Origin: Lachnospiraceae bacterium
Lineage (GTDB): Bacteria > Bacillota > Clostridia > Lachnospirales > Lachnospiraceae
Assembly (NCBI GenBank): GCA_017652745.1
Contig: JAGCAK010000005.1
Span: 16,202-80,201 of the forward strand
Direction of reading: 5' to 3'
Length of the DNA stretch: 64,000 nt
Shown here: positions 37,118 through 47,276 of the stretch, piece after piece
How the letters are laid out: every line of letters begins with the position of its first letter
How positions within the stretch are numbered: position 1 is the stretch's first letter
The notes under the pieces: model-generated
The model's database searches: none
What the model saw: the letters and a program-made list of their open reading frames with translations, nothing else
What the model was told of the DNA's origin: nothing
Made by a program: the position numbers and the translations under genes

Positions 37118-37828
37118 ATGAATGTCTACAAACGAATCATGCTCAAGTTAAGCGGAGAGGCATTAGCCAAAGAAGAAGGCGGCTATAATGAAGAGGAGAT
37201 AGGACGTATCGCTGAACAAGTCAAACAGATCGTAGAAATGGGCTGCGATGTTGGCATTGTGATAGGCGGCGGCAATATCTGGAGAGGAAAGAGTAATCTG
37301 CAGATTGACCGGCCAAAATCTGACTCTATCGGCATGCTGGCAACTGTAATGAACTGTATCTATGTTTCGGAGCATTTCCGCGCGCATGGGATCAAGACGG
37401 CAATCTTTACTCCATGGCTGATCTCCACTTTCACAGAGCTGTTCAGTAAAGATAAAGCGAATGAATATTTCGCTGAAGGAAGGGTATGTTTCTTCGCAGG
37501 AGGTACCGGACATCCTTACTTTTCCACGGACACCGGCGTTGTCCTTAGGGCGATGGAACTGGATGCAGAGGTGATCCTTGCAGCGAAAAACATCGATGGA
37601 GTTTATGACAGTGATCCTGCAAAGAACCCGGATGCGAAGAAGTTTGATAAGATCACGATCCATGAAGTTGTGGAACGGAAACTTGGGGTTATCGATCTGA
37701 CTGCTTCAGCACTTCTGGATGAACACCCGATCCCGATGAGAATATTTGCACTCAAAGAAGAAAACTCCATTGTCAACGCATTAACGGATGATCACTTCAA
37801 TGGAACCGATGTTACCATAAATGAATGA
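37118..37828 (+). CDS. pyrH: UMP kinase
   Basis: YKRIMLKLSGEAL and VIGGGNIWRG motifs. Confidence 0.95.
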   Translation: MNVYKRIMLKLSGEALAKEEGGYNEEEIGRIAEQVKQIVEMGCDVGIVIGGGNIWRGKSNLQIDRPKSDSIGMLATVMNCIYVSEHFRAHGIKTAIFTPWLISTFTELFSKDKANEYFAEGRVCFFAGGTGHPYFSTDTGVVLRAMELDAEVILAAKNIDGVYDSDPAKNPDAKKFDKITIHEVVERKLGVIDLTASALLDEHPIPMRIFALKEENSIVNALTDDHFNGTDVTINE

Positions 37829-37845
37829 TAGATAAGGAGAAAGCA

Positions 37846-38400
37846 ATGAACGAGAGATTAGATAAATACGAAGAAAAAATGATGAAGACCCTGGATAACC
37901 TGGAGCAGGAATTTGCAGGGATCCGCGCCGGCAGAGCAAATCCACACATTCTGGATAAGATCACTGTGGATTATTACGGCACACAGACCCCGCTTCAGCA
38001 GGTGGGCAATATCTCAGTTCCGGATCCGAAGTGCATCGTGATCTCTCCTTGGGAGAACAAAATGATCAAGGAAATCGAACGTGCGATCAACGCTTCCGAT
38101 ATCGGTATCAATCCAACCAATGACGGAAAGAATATCCGGCTGGTCTTCCCGGATCTGACAGAGGAAAGACGTAAAGATCTGGCAAAGGATGTCAAGAAAA
38201 AAGGCGAAGAGGCAAAGGTTGCGATCCGCAATATCCGCAGGGACGGTATTGAGCAGTTTAAGAAGATCGCAAAGGCAGGAGAAGTTTCCGAGGACGAAGG
38301 GAAAGACCTGGAAGACGATATGCAGAAACTGACTGACCAGTATGTAGCGGATATCGATAAGAAAGTCGAAGAAAAGACGAAAGAACTGATGACGGTATAA
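37846..38400 (+). CDS. frr: ribosome recycling factor
   Basis: ATG at 37846 behind AAGGAG. FAGIRAGRANPHILD and LTEERRKDL motifs. Confidence 0.95.
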   Translation: MNERLDKYEEKMMKTLDNLEQEFAGIRAGRANPHILDKITVDYYGTQTPLQQVGNISVPDPKCIVISPWENKMIKEIERAINASDIGINPTNDGKNIRLVFPDLTEERRKDLAKDVKKKGEEAKVAIRNIRRDGIEQFKKIAKAGEVSEDEGKDLEDDMQKLTDQYVADIDKKVEEKTKELMTV

Positions 38401-38403
38401 TTC

Positions 38404-39120
38404 ATGGATGAGAAAGACCTGAAAATTCCGCAGCACGTTGCCATCATTATGGATGGCAATGGAAGATGGGCAAAGAAAAAACACAGACCGCGGACCTTCG
38501 GTCATGCGAAGGGTGCCAAAGTGCTGGAACAGACATTGGAAGATGCAGATTCACTGGGCGTAAAGTATTTTACCGTTTATGCTTTTTCCACAGAGAACTG
38601 GGCCCGTCCTTATGAGGAAGTACAGATCATTATGAATCTGTTCCGTGATTATCTGATCAGTGCTGTTGATAAATGCAACCGCAATAATGTCCGCTGCATG
38701 GTTATTGGAGAACGCAGCAGACTGGATGCGGATATTATCGATGCCATCAATAACCTGGAAGAAAAGACAAAGGACAACACGGGCATCACTTTTATTGTAG
38801 CGATCAATTACGGTTCTCGTGATGAGATCACACGTGGGTTCCGCCAGATTGCACAGGAAGTGAAAGAAGGAAAACTGGAGCCGGAAGCAATCAGTGAAGA
38901 AATGATCTCATCGCATCTGGATACGAGAGGAATACCGGATCCGGATCTTCTGATCCGTACCAGCGGAGAAGAAAGACTGTCCAATTTTCTGATGTGGCAG
39001 CTGGCTTATACAGAATTCTACTTTACGGATATTCCATGGCCGGATTTTAATAAACAGGAACTGATCAAAGCATTCGAGAAATATTCCCAGAGAGACAGAC
39101 GATATGGGAATGTGAAATAA
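38404..39120 (+). CDS. uppS: isoprenyl transferase (undecaprenyl diphosphate synthase)
   Basis: HVAIIMDGNGRWA and IRTSGEERLSNFLMWQ motifs. Confidence 0.95.
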   Translation: MDEKDLKIPQHVAIIMDGNGRWAKKKHRPRTFGHAKGAKVLEQTLEDADSLGVKYFTVYAFSTENWARPYEEVQIIMNLFRDYLISAVDKCNRNNVRCMVIGERSRLDADIIDAINNLEEKTKDNTGITFIVAINYGSRDEITRGFRQIAQEVKEGKLEPEAISEEMISSHLDTRGIPDPDLLIRTSGEERLSNFLMWQLAYTEFYFTDIPWPDFNKQELIKAFEKYSQRDRRYGNVK

Positions 39121-39136
39121 AGGATTCAAGCAATTC

Positions 39137-39994
39137 ATGACAGACGATAGAAGCAAGGGCTTGCTGAAAAATAAATCTTTCTGGGTCAGAACGGCCAGCG
39201 CAGTTATTTTTGCGGCTATTTTTGTGACAGTAATGGTTCTGGGCGGGTATTTTACCTGGGGCTTTCTTCTGCTTATTTCCTTGATTGGTCTCTATGAGTT
39301 TAACCGGGCAATGAAACTGTACTGGGGCGTATTTGCCTGGGCAGGTTATATTGTAACGGTGGCATATTATGTGATGCTGATCACGGTGGATTCCACGGCA
39401 TATTCTTTCATGCTGTTCGGAATCCTTCTGTTTGTGGACCTGGCTGTTTTTGTGTTTACCTTTCCAAGGTATAAACTGGAGCAGGTATTTGCTGGCTTTT
39501 TTGAAGTTTTCTACGTAGGTGTGGCATTATCCTTCCTGTATCTGCTTCGGATCCATCCGCCATCCGGAGCATACCTGGTCTGGCTGATCCCGATCAGTGC
39601 ATTTGGAAGCGATCTGTTTGCATATCTGATCGGTATGATGTTCGGCAAGACCCCATTTGTTCCTAGATTGAGTCCGAAAAAATCTGTGGAAGGAGCAGTG
39701 GCCGGTATTATAGGAGCTGCACTGCTGGCTCTTGCTTATGGATTTGCAGTACAGAAATACATTCCGGATGTGCATATGGCACCGCTGGTATTTCCTCTGT
39801 TAACTTTGTTTGGCGCAGCTGCCGGACAGGTGGGGGATCTGGCTGCTTCTGCCATTAAAAGGAAAGTCGGGATCAAAGATTACGGAAAACTGATCCCGGG
39901 GCATGGCGGTATCCTTGACCGCTTTGACAGTGTGATCATGGTCGCTCCGATCATGTATTTGATAACGATTTACTTGATGGTGATTCATTTATGA
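39137..39994 (+). CDS. cdsA: phosphatidate cytidylyltransferase
   Basis: Polytopic, with a C-terminal signature KKSVEG...D..AS..KR..GIKD...IPGHGGILDRFDS. Confidence 0.9.
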   Translation: MTDDRSKGLLKNKSFWVRTASAVIFAAIFVTVMVLGGYFTWGFLLLISLIGLYEFNRAMKLYWGVFAWAGYIVTVAYYVMLITVDSTAYSFMLFGILLFVDLAVFVFTFPRYKLEQVFAGFFEVFYVGVALSFLYLLRIHPPSGAYLVWLIPISAFGSDLFAYLIGMMFGKTPFVPRLSPKKSVEGAVAGIIGAALLALAYGFAVQKYIPDVHMAPLVFPLLTLFGAAAGQVGDLAASAIKRKVGIKDYGKLIPGHGGILDRFDSVIMVAPIMYLITIYLMVIHL

Positions 39995-41133
39995 AAAAAA
40001 CAATATCCATTCTTGGCTCGACCGGATCGATCGGGACGCAGACTCTTGAAGTGGTCAGAAATAATCCGGATCTTTCGGTTGCAGCCATTAGCGGAAATAA
40101 AAATACGGAACTACTAGCAAAACAGATTTTGGAGTTTTCTCCAAAACTTGTTTGCGTTTACGATGAAAATCAGATTGACCCGCTGCAAAAGAAGCTGCGG
40201 GAAATGAACATAGATAGCATTCCGGAGATCGTATCCGGGATGGATGGACTGATCCGTGTGGCAACTTTGGAGCCGACAAACATTGTAGTTACCGCCATTG
40301 TCGGGATGGTAGGGATCCGTCCGACGATGGAAGCAATTAAAGCCGGAAAAGATATTGCCCTGGCGAACAAAGAAACGCTGGTCTGCGCCGGCGAACTGAT
40401 CATGGCAGAGGCAAAAAAACAGGGAATCCATATTTATCCGGTCGATTCAGAGCATAGTGCGATCTTCCAAAGTCTGAATGGAGAAAACAGGGCAGAAGTA
40501 GATAAGATCATTCTGACTGCTTCCGGCGGTCCTTTCAGGGGGTACTCCCGTGATATGCTTAAGAAGGTGACGCTGGAGGACGCCTTAAGGCATCCAAACT
40601 GGTCAATGGGGAAAAAGGTTACGATCGATTCTTCCACACTGGCCAATAAAGGTCTGGAAGTCATGGAGGCAAAATGGCTGTTTGATGTAGAGCCGGATCA
40701 GATCGAAGTAGTGATCCAGCCTCAGAGCATCATCCATTCTGCTGTTCAATATAAAGATGGAGCCATCATTGCCCAGCTGGGAACACCGGACATGAAACTG
40801 CCTATCCAGTATGCACTTGTTTATCCGGAACGAAGAGACTTGCCGGGCAAACGGGTTGACTTCTTTGAATTGGGGCAGATCACGTTTGAAAAACCGGATA
40901 TGGAAACATTTGGCGCATTGGCACTTGCTTATCGGGCCATTCGGACAGGAGGCAGTATGCCGACTGTGTTTAATGCAGCGAACGAGCGGGCTGTTGCTTC
41001 TTTCCTGAAAGGTAAGATTCAATATCTGGAAATCGAGATGGAAATCGAAAAGGCAATGAATCAGCATCAGCTGATTGAAAAGCCTTCTCTGGAACAGATC
41101 ATTCAAATTGGAGAGGAGATCATTGGCTCATGA
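39991..41133 (+). CDS. dxr: 1-deoxy-D-xylulose 5-phosphate reductoisomerase
   Basis: ILGSTGSIGTQTL NADPH-binding motif, LANKE, and DSEHSAIFQ. Confidence 0.95.
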   Translation: MKKTISILGSTGSIGTQTLEVVRNNPDLSVAAISGNKNTELLAKQILEFSPKLVCVYDENQIDPLQKKLREMNIDSIPEIVSGMDGLIRVATLEPTNIVVTAIVGMVGIRPTMEAIKAGKDIALANKETLVCAGELIMAEAKKQGIHIYPVDSEHSAIFQSLNGENRAEVDKIILTASGGPFRGYSRDMLKKVTLEDALRHPNWSMGKKVTIDSSTLANKGLEVMEAKWLFDVEPDQIEVVIQPQSIIHSAVQYKDGAIIAQLGTPDMKLPIQYALVYPERRDLPGKRVDFFELGQITFEKPDMETFGALALAYRAIRTGGSMPTVFNAANERAVASFLKGKIQYLEIEMEIEKAMNQHQLIEKPSLEQIIQIGEEIIGS

Positions 41134-42449
41134 GTGTGATCAGTATTATTCTCTCCATTATCATATTGAGCATTCTGGTCATCGTGCATGAATTCGGCCA
41201 TTTTATTCTGGCAAAAAAGAACGGGATCTTCGTGAAAGAATTTTCTGTGGGCTTCGGTCCGCGGATCATCAGTCATGTTTCCAAAAAGAGCGGGACCAGG
41301 TTTTCCTGGAAGGCGATTCCTTTTGGAGGATCCTGTCAGATGCTGGGAGCACTGGAAGATGAAGATGATGAGACAGACGATGAAAAATCATTTGATAAAA
41401 AATCCGTATGGGCTCGTATGAGTGTCATTCTGGCCGGACCGTTTTTCAATTTCTTCCTCGCTTTTATTCTGTCTGTGATCGTGATCGGGACGGTAGGATA
41501 TGACCCTGCCAGAGTCACCTATGTGGAACCGGGTTCACCGATCGCGCAGGCAGGTATTCAGGAAGGCGATCTGATCGTTAAATATAACGGGGAACGGATC
41601 AATTTCGGCCGCGAGATCTATTTATCAGGCTATCTGCATCCGATCACATCTGATGCAAAAGCAGTCCCTATCACCTATATCCGAAATGGAGAAAAAACAA
41701 GTGTCTCTGTCGTTCCGGCACAGATGGATTACTATTCTCTGGGATTTAGTTATTACGCAAATGACGATAAAGCAGAGATCGCGGAAGTCGTTAAAGAAGG
41801 GGCACTGGAACAGGCAGGTATCCGGGAAGGTGATGTTATCACTGCAATCGGAGATACAAAAATTGCAACGGGGAAAGAACTGAACCAGTATTTTGACAGT
41901 CTTCCGGTTACAGCAGAACCACTTTCTGTTACATATCTGCACCATGGTGTGGAAAAGACAACTACTGTTTATCCACAAGCCCAAAAGGCATACCGTCTTG
42001 GTTTTTCCTATAATCTGGAAAATGAAAAGACGGGTGTTGGAGGAGTCTTAAAATACAGCTTTGCAGAAATGCGTTATCAGCTTCTTTCTGTATTCAAGAG
42101 CCTGGGCTTTTTGATCTCCGGAAAAGGATCTTTGGATATGCTTTCCGGACCGGTTGGCATTGTGGAAGTTATAGGAACCACTTACGATGCTTCTGTATCC
42201 TCCGGATTTCTGGCCACTTTGACAAATATGCTGAGCATTATGATCCTGCTCAGCGCCAATCTGGGCGTGATCAATCTTCTGCCGATACCGGCATTGGATG
42301 GCGGCAAGTTCCTTCTGCTTATTATTGAGGCTATCAGAAGAAAGCCGATCCCAAAAAAATACGAAGGGATCATTACAATGGTGGGAGCTGTCCTGATCAT
42401 GCTGCTTGCAGCAGTAGTACTGGTTAATGATGTGATCAAATTATTCTGA
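41130..42449 (+). CDS. rseP: RIP metalloprotease RseP (site-2 protease)
   Basis: HEFGH zinc motif in TM1, PDZ-like repeats, and a C-terminal NLLPIPALDGG. Confidence 0.9.
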   Translation: MSVISIILSIIILSILVIVHEFGHFILAKKNGIFVKEFSVGFGPRIISHVSKKSGTRFSWKAIPFGGSCQMLGALEDEDDETDDEKSFDKKSVWARMSVILAGPFFNFFLAFILSVIVIGTVGYDPARVTYVEPGSPIAQAGIQEGDLIVKYNGERINFGREIYLSGYLHPITSDAKAVPITYIRNGEKTSVSVVPAQMDYYSLGFSYYANDDKAEIAEVVKEGALEQAGIREGDVITAIGDTKIATGKELNQYFDSLPVTAEPLSVTYLHHGVEKTTTVYPQAQKAYRLGFSYNLENEKTGVGGVLKYSFAEMRYQLLSVFKSLGFLISGKGSLDMLSGPVGIVEVIGTTYDASVSSGFLATLTNMLSIMILLSANLGVINLLPIPALDGGKFLLLIIEAIRRKPIPKKYEGIITMVGAVLIMLLAAVVLVNDVIKLF

Positions 42450-42460
42450 TTGAGAAAAAG

Positions 42461-43516
42461 ATGTATACAAGAGAAAAGACCAAGAAAATAAAAATAGGAA
42501 ATGTCACGATAGGTGGAGGATCTCCGATCGCGATCCAGTCTATGACAAATACCAAAACGGATGATGTGAAATCGACGGTGGAACAGATCCATGCGCTGGA
42601 AGAAGCCGGCTGTGAGATCATCCGTTGTACAGCCAATACACCGGAAGCTGCAAAAGCGTTTCGGGAGATTAAAAAAGAGATATCGATCCCGCTTGTAGCG
42701 GATATCCATTTTGATTATAAACTCGCAATCCTTGCGATGGAAAACGGAGCAGATAAGATCCGGATCAATCCAGGGAATATAGGAAGCAGAGAACGGATCA
42801 AAGCGGTTGTGGACTGCGCAAAAGAACATGCCGTCCCGATCCGTGTAGGTGTTAATTCAGGGTCGCTGGAAAAAGAACTGGTGGAAAAGTATCACGGTGT
42901 TACAGCGGAAGGATTAGCGGAAAGCGCGCTGGATAAGATCAAGATCATTGAAGATCTGGGATATGACAAACTTGTTATCAGCATCAAGAGCAGTGACATC
43001 CTGATATGTGCCAAGGCCCATGAAATCGTGGCTGAGAAAACAAATTATCCTCTTCATGTAGGGATAACAGAATCAGGGACCATTTATTCCGGAAATATCA
43101 AATCTGCTATGGGACTTGCGATGATCCTTTCCAAGGGGATAGGCGATACCATCCGGGTATCATTGACCGGAAGCCCGCTGGAAGAGATTAAAAGCGCAAA
43201 ATATATCCTAAGAAATCTGTGCCTTAGAAAAGAAGGAATCACAGTCATCTCCTGCCCGACATGCGGCAGGACAGAGATTGATCTGATAGGCCTGGCAAAC
43301 CGCGTGGAAGATCTGTGTGCCGGCTATGACCTTTCTATAAAAGTGGCAGTCATGGGATGCGTTGTCAATGGCCCCGGAGAGGCAAAGGAAGCAGATCTGG
43401 GAATTGCCGGCGGTAAGGGAGAAGGCCTTTTGATCAAGCATGGTGAGATCATCCGTAAGATCCCGGAGGCTGAATTCCTTCCAACATTAAAATACGAACT
43501 GGACAACTGGGAATAG
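42461..43516 (+). CDS. ispG: 4-hydroxy-3-methylbut-2-en-1-yl diphosphate synthase (flavodoxin)
   Basis: IQSMTNT, RINPGNIG, and a C-terminal CPTCGR...GCVVNGPGE Fe-S motif. Confidence 0.95.
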   Translation: MYTREKTKKIKIGNVTIGGGSPIAIQSMTNTKTDDVKSTVEQIHALEEAGCEIIRCTANTPEAAKAFREIKKEISIPLVADIHFDYKLAILAMENGADKIRINPGNIGSRERIKAVVDCAKEHAVPIRVGVNSGSLEKELVEKYHGVTAEGLAESALDKIKIIEDLGYDKLVISIKSSDILICAKAHEIVAEKTNYPLHVGITESGTIYSGNIKSAMGLAMILSKGIGDTIRVSLTGSPLEEIKSAKYILRNLCLRKEGITVISCPTCGRTEIDLIGLANRVEDLCAGYDLSIKVAVMGCVVNGPGEAKEADLGIAGGKGEGLLIKHGEIIRKIPEAEFLPTLKYELDNWE

Positions 43517-43517
43517 A

Positions 43518-46500
43518 ATGAAATTTTTTGAGGTTTTTAAAACTTTATCGGTCGGAGAGGAATTGTTTGCTCTGTTTGAAAGTATGGAAGTACTTTCTGT
43601 AACGCAGGTCAAAACAGGGAATTATCTGCGGATCCGTCTGCGGGACGGACATCCTTTGAGCAGCATATCGATCCGACAGATGGAAGAAGCTATCCGCAGA
43701 CAAGTTCTTCAGGAAATGATGTCTGTCAGGATTGAATATGAAAACGGGTATGAATATGCCGAGGTTGGTTCCGGAACCTATGAAAATCCGGAAGATAACC
43801 GGCGCGTTGCGCAGCCAAAAGCTGCTGCTGTTCAGTCATCAGAAGCTGCACCAAAGAGTGCTGCAGGGACAAAAAAGAAATGGACGCAGAAAAGTAAAAA
43901 AACAGATCCGGGAATGATTTATGGCAAAGAATTCCAGGGAGAGCCGATGGAAATCTCGGACTGTATCACTGAGATGCGGAATGTGATCCTGCGCGGCACT
44001 ATTTTTGAAAAAGAACTATCTGTAACGAAAAACAATTTCAAGATACTCAAACTATCTATTACAGACCGTACAGACAGTATCTCTCTGAAAATGTTCCTTA
44101 GGGAAGGTGAAGAAAAACTGCCGGATGCCTTCAAAGAGGGTATGACCATTGAGGTTTGCGGAAATATCGAATACGACAATTTTGAAGGCGAGATCCTGAT
44201 GAACCGTGTGACGGGCATTCGCGAGGGAAAGGATGCAGATGAGGCACGGATGGACAATGCTCCGAAAAAGAGAGTCGAGCTGCATCTGCATACCCAGTAT
44301 TCGGATATGGATGCGCTGACACCGGTGAATGACCTGCTGGATAAAGCTGTGAAATGGGGACATAAGGCAGTTGCCATCACTGATCACGGAGTTGTGCAGG
44401 GTTTTACGGATGCATTCCATAAACTGCAGGCAATGTCAGACCCTGATTTTAAAGTTATTTACGGTGTGGAAGCTTATATCGTGGATGATCTGGATGACCC
44501 GATCGTACAGGATCCGGCTTCACCGGAAGATATTGAATTGCGAAGAGAGAGCGCAATTCCGGATGAGATTCCAAAGGTGATCGATCCGGCAGAAGAAGAG
44601 CGCATTGAGAAAGTAAAAAAAGACAAGTATTATCATGCCATTCTGTTAGCAAAAAACGAAACAGGAAGGCGTAATCTATATCGCCTGGTTTCTTATTCCC
44701 ATATCAATTATTTCAGCCGTCGCCCGCGGATCCCGAAAAGTGTTTTGAATAAATACCGGGAGGGACTGATCCTGGGTTCTGCCTGTGTCATGGGTGAACT
44801 CTATGACGGTATATTAAGCGGGGAAAGTCCGGAACGGATTGCCGAACTGGTTAACTATTATGATTATCTGGAGATCCAGCCGGTTGCAAATAATATGTTC
44901 CTTGTCCGCAATTATGAGCGGAATCATGATCCGCTTTACCGTGCTGCCCATAAAGAAATAAAGGGGCATATGCGTAAAAATGCAGATGAGATCCGCGCGA
45001 TCAATAAACAGATCTATGAGCTGGGACAGCAGTACGGAAAACCGGTCGTGGCAACCGGAGACGTTCATTTCCTGAATCCGGAGGATGAGATCTTAAGACA
45101 TATTATTCTGGACAGTCAGAAATACTCTGACGCGGATGATCCGGGACCGTTTTATTTCCGTACAACGGAAGAAATGCTGCAGGAATTTGATTATCTGGGA
45201 CCAGACATTGCCTATGAGATCGTTGTAGAGAATACCAATAAGATTGCGGACATGATCGAAAAAATAGAGCCGGTAAGGCCGGATAAATGTCCGCCGGTGA
45301 TTGAAAACTCAGATGAGAACCTGAGGTCGATCTGTTATGAAACTGCGCACAGCATGTATGGGCCGGATCTTCCGGAGATCGTGGTAAACAGGCTGGAAAA
45401 GGAACTGAATTCCATTATTTCCAATGGATATTCTGTTATGTATATCATTGCAAGGGAACTGGTGCAAAAAAGCATCAGCGACGGATATCTGGTCGGTTCC
45501 AGAGGTTCTGTCGGTTCTTCTCTGGCAGCTACCATGGCTGGTATAACGGAAGTAAATCCGCTGAAACCGCATTACCGCTGTCCGTCATGCTTTTACAGTG
45601 AGTTTGATTCCGAAGAGGTGGAAGCCTATGCCGGAGGCGCCGGATGTGATATGCCGGATAAATTATGCCCGGTCTGTGGGACGCCGCTGATCAAAGATGG
45701 GTTTGATATTCCGTTTGAAACATTCCTGGGATTTAAAGGAGATAAGGAACCGGATATTGACTTGAACTTCTCCGGTGAGTATCAGTCGCATGCACATGAC
45801 TACACGGAAGTAATTTTCGGAAAAGGGCATACTTTCCGCGCGGGAACTATTTCCACCCTGCAGGATAAGACCGTCTACGGTTATGTGAAGGGGTACTTTG
45901 AACGGCATAACCGTTCCATACGTAAATGTGAGATGAACCGTCTGATCAAAGGTTGTACCGGCGTGAAACGGAGTACCGGTCAGCATCCGGGCGGCATTGT
46001 CGTTCTTCCGCATGGAGAAGAGATATATTCCTTTACACCGGTACAATTCCCTGCAAACGATGCCGGAAAACATACGGTGACAACTCATTTTGAATATCAT
46101 AGTATCGATCACAACCTCTTGAAGCTGGATATCTTAGGGCATGATGATCCAACCATGATCCGTATGCTGGAAGATCTGACAGGTTTTGATGCGAAATCTA
46201 TTAAGCTGGATGATCCTTCAGTCATGAAACTATTTGACGGAACGGAAGTACTGGGAATCACCCCGGAAGATATTGAGCATCCTCTTGGAACCTTGGGTGT
46301 TCCGGAGTTTGGTACCGACTTTGTTATGCAGATGCTTCTGGACACCAAACCGAAAAATTTTTCGGACCTGGTACGTATTGCTGGTCTGTCACATGGAACA
46401 GATGTCTGGCTGGGCAATGCGGAAACACTGGTAAAAGAGGGGAAAGCAACTCTTTCCACATGTATCTGTACACGTGATGATATCATGCTGTATCTGATCT

Positions 46501-47207
46501 CAAAAGGGGTGGACCCTGCGTTATCCTTTGATGTCATGGAAAATGTCCGAAAAGGAAAAGTTGCTTCCGGAAGTGCTAAAAAATGGCCTGAATGGGAAAA
46601 AACCATGAAAGCAAATGGCGTTCCGGACTGGTATCTGTGGTCCTGTACCAAAATACAGTATATGTTCCCGAAAGCACATGCTGTGGCTTATGTTATGATG
46701 GCTTACCGCATCGCTTACTATAAGATATTCTATCCGTTGGAGTATTATGCAGCATTCTTCAGTATTCGTGCAGCTTCTTTTGATTATGAGAAGATGTGTC
46801 AGGGCCTGGACAGACTAAGACAGGAAATGGAGCTGATCAAAGGACGGATCGAAATGGGGACTGCTTCACCAAAGGATCAGGATCTTTTGAAGTATATGTA
46901 TAACGTGGAAGAGATGTATGCAAGGGGATTTGAATTCCTTCCGATCGATATTTATAAAGCAGGAGGCAGCAGGTTCAAGATTTTTGATGGAAAAATAATG
47001 CCGGCCTTTGAAGCAATTGAAGGAATGGGAGAAAAGGCGGCCCGTGCACTGGAAGAAGAAGCTCAAAAAGGGAACTTTACTTCCAGAGAAGATCTGAAGA
47101 TCCGTACCAAACTTTCAAGTACTTTAACAGATAAGTTATACCAGTTAGGAATATTGGGCGATATGCCGGAATCCAGTCAGCTTTCCATTCTGGATTTCCT
47201 GAAATAA
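43518..47207 (+). CDS. polC: PolC-type DNA polymerase III alpha subunit, apparently lacking the intrinsic 3'-5' exonuclease domain
   Basis: PolC N-terminal domain, OB fold, PHP motifs (HLHTQYSDMD, TDHG, GVEAY, YHAILL, GDVHF), GSRGSVGSS, a Zn module CPSC..CPVC, PDIDLNF, and LKLDILGHDDPT. It is 1229 aa against about 1430-1440 aa for characterised PolC. No DEDDh motifs were seen. Confidence 0.9.
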   Translation: MKFFEVFKTLSVGEELFALFESMEVLSVTQVKTGNYLRIRLRDGHPLSSISIRQMEEAIRRQVLQEMMSVRIEYENGYEYAEVGSGTYENPEDNRRVAQPKAAAVQSSEAAPKSAAGTKKKWTQKSKKTDPGMIYGKEFQGEPMEISDCITEMRNVILRGTIFEKELSVTKNNFKILKLSITDRTDSISLKMFLREGEEKLPDAFKEGMTIEVCGNIEYDNFEGEILMNRVTGIREGKDADEARMDNAPKKRVELHLHTQYSDMDALTPVNDLLDKAVKWGHKAVAITDHGVVQGFTDAFHKLQAMSDPDFKVIYGVEAYIVDDLDDPIVQDPASPEDIELRRESAIPDEIPKVIDPAEEERIEKVKKDKYYHAILLAKNETGRRNLYRLVSYSHINYFSRRPRIPKSVLNKYREGLILGSACVMGELYDGILSGESPERIAELVNYYDYLEIQPVANNMFLVRNYERNHDPLYRAAHKEIKGHMRKNADEIRAINKQIYELGQQYGKPVVATGDVHFLNPEDEILRHIILDSQKYSDADDPGPFYFRTTEEMLQEFDYLGPDIAYEIVVENTNKIADMIEKIEPVRPDKCPPVIENSDENLRSICYETAHSMYGPDLPEIVVNRLEKELNSIISNGYSVMYIIARELVQKSISDGYLVGSRGSVGSSLAATMAGITEVNPLKPHYRCPSCFYSEFDSEEVEAYAGGAGCDMPDKLCPVCGTPLIKDGFDIPFETFLGFKGDKEPDIDLNFSGEYQSHAHDYTEVIFGKGHTFRAGTISTLQDKTVYGYVKGYFERHNRSIRKCEMNRLIKGCTGVKRSTGQHPGGIVVLPHGEEIYSFTPVQFPANDAGKHTVTTHFEYHSIDHNLLKLDILGHDDPTMIRMLEDLTGFDAKSIKLDDPSVMKLFDGTEVLGITPEDIEHPLGTLGVPEFGTDFVMQMLLDTKPKNFSDLVRIAGLSHGTDVWLGNAETLVKEGKATLSTCICTRDDIMLYLISKGVDPALSFDVMENVRKGKVASGSAKKWPEWEKTMKANGVPDWYLWSCTKIQYMFPKAHAVAYVMMAYRIAYYKIFYPLEYYAAFFSIRAASFDYEKMCQGLDRLRQEMELIKGRIEMGTASPKDQDLLKYMYNVEEMYARGFEFLPIDIYKAGGSRFKIFDGKIMPAFEAIEGMGEKAARALEEEAQKGNFTSREDLKIRTKLSSTLTDKLYQLGILGDMPESSQLSILDFLK

Positions 47208-47276
47208 AAAGTCTTTTCTAACAAGAAAAAAACTTATATAATCTTACTAATAATTGGAGAAAGAAAGGATACACGT

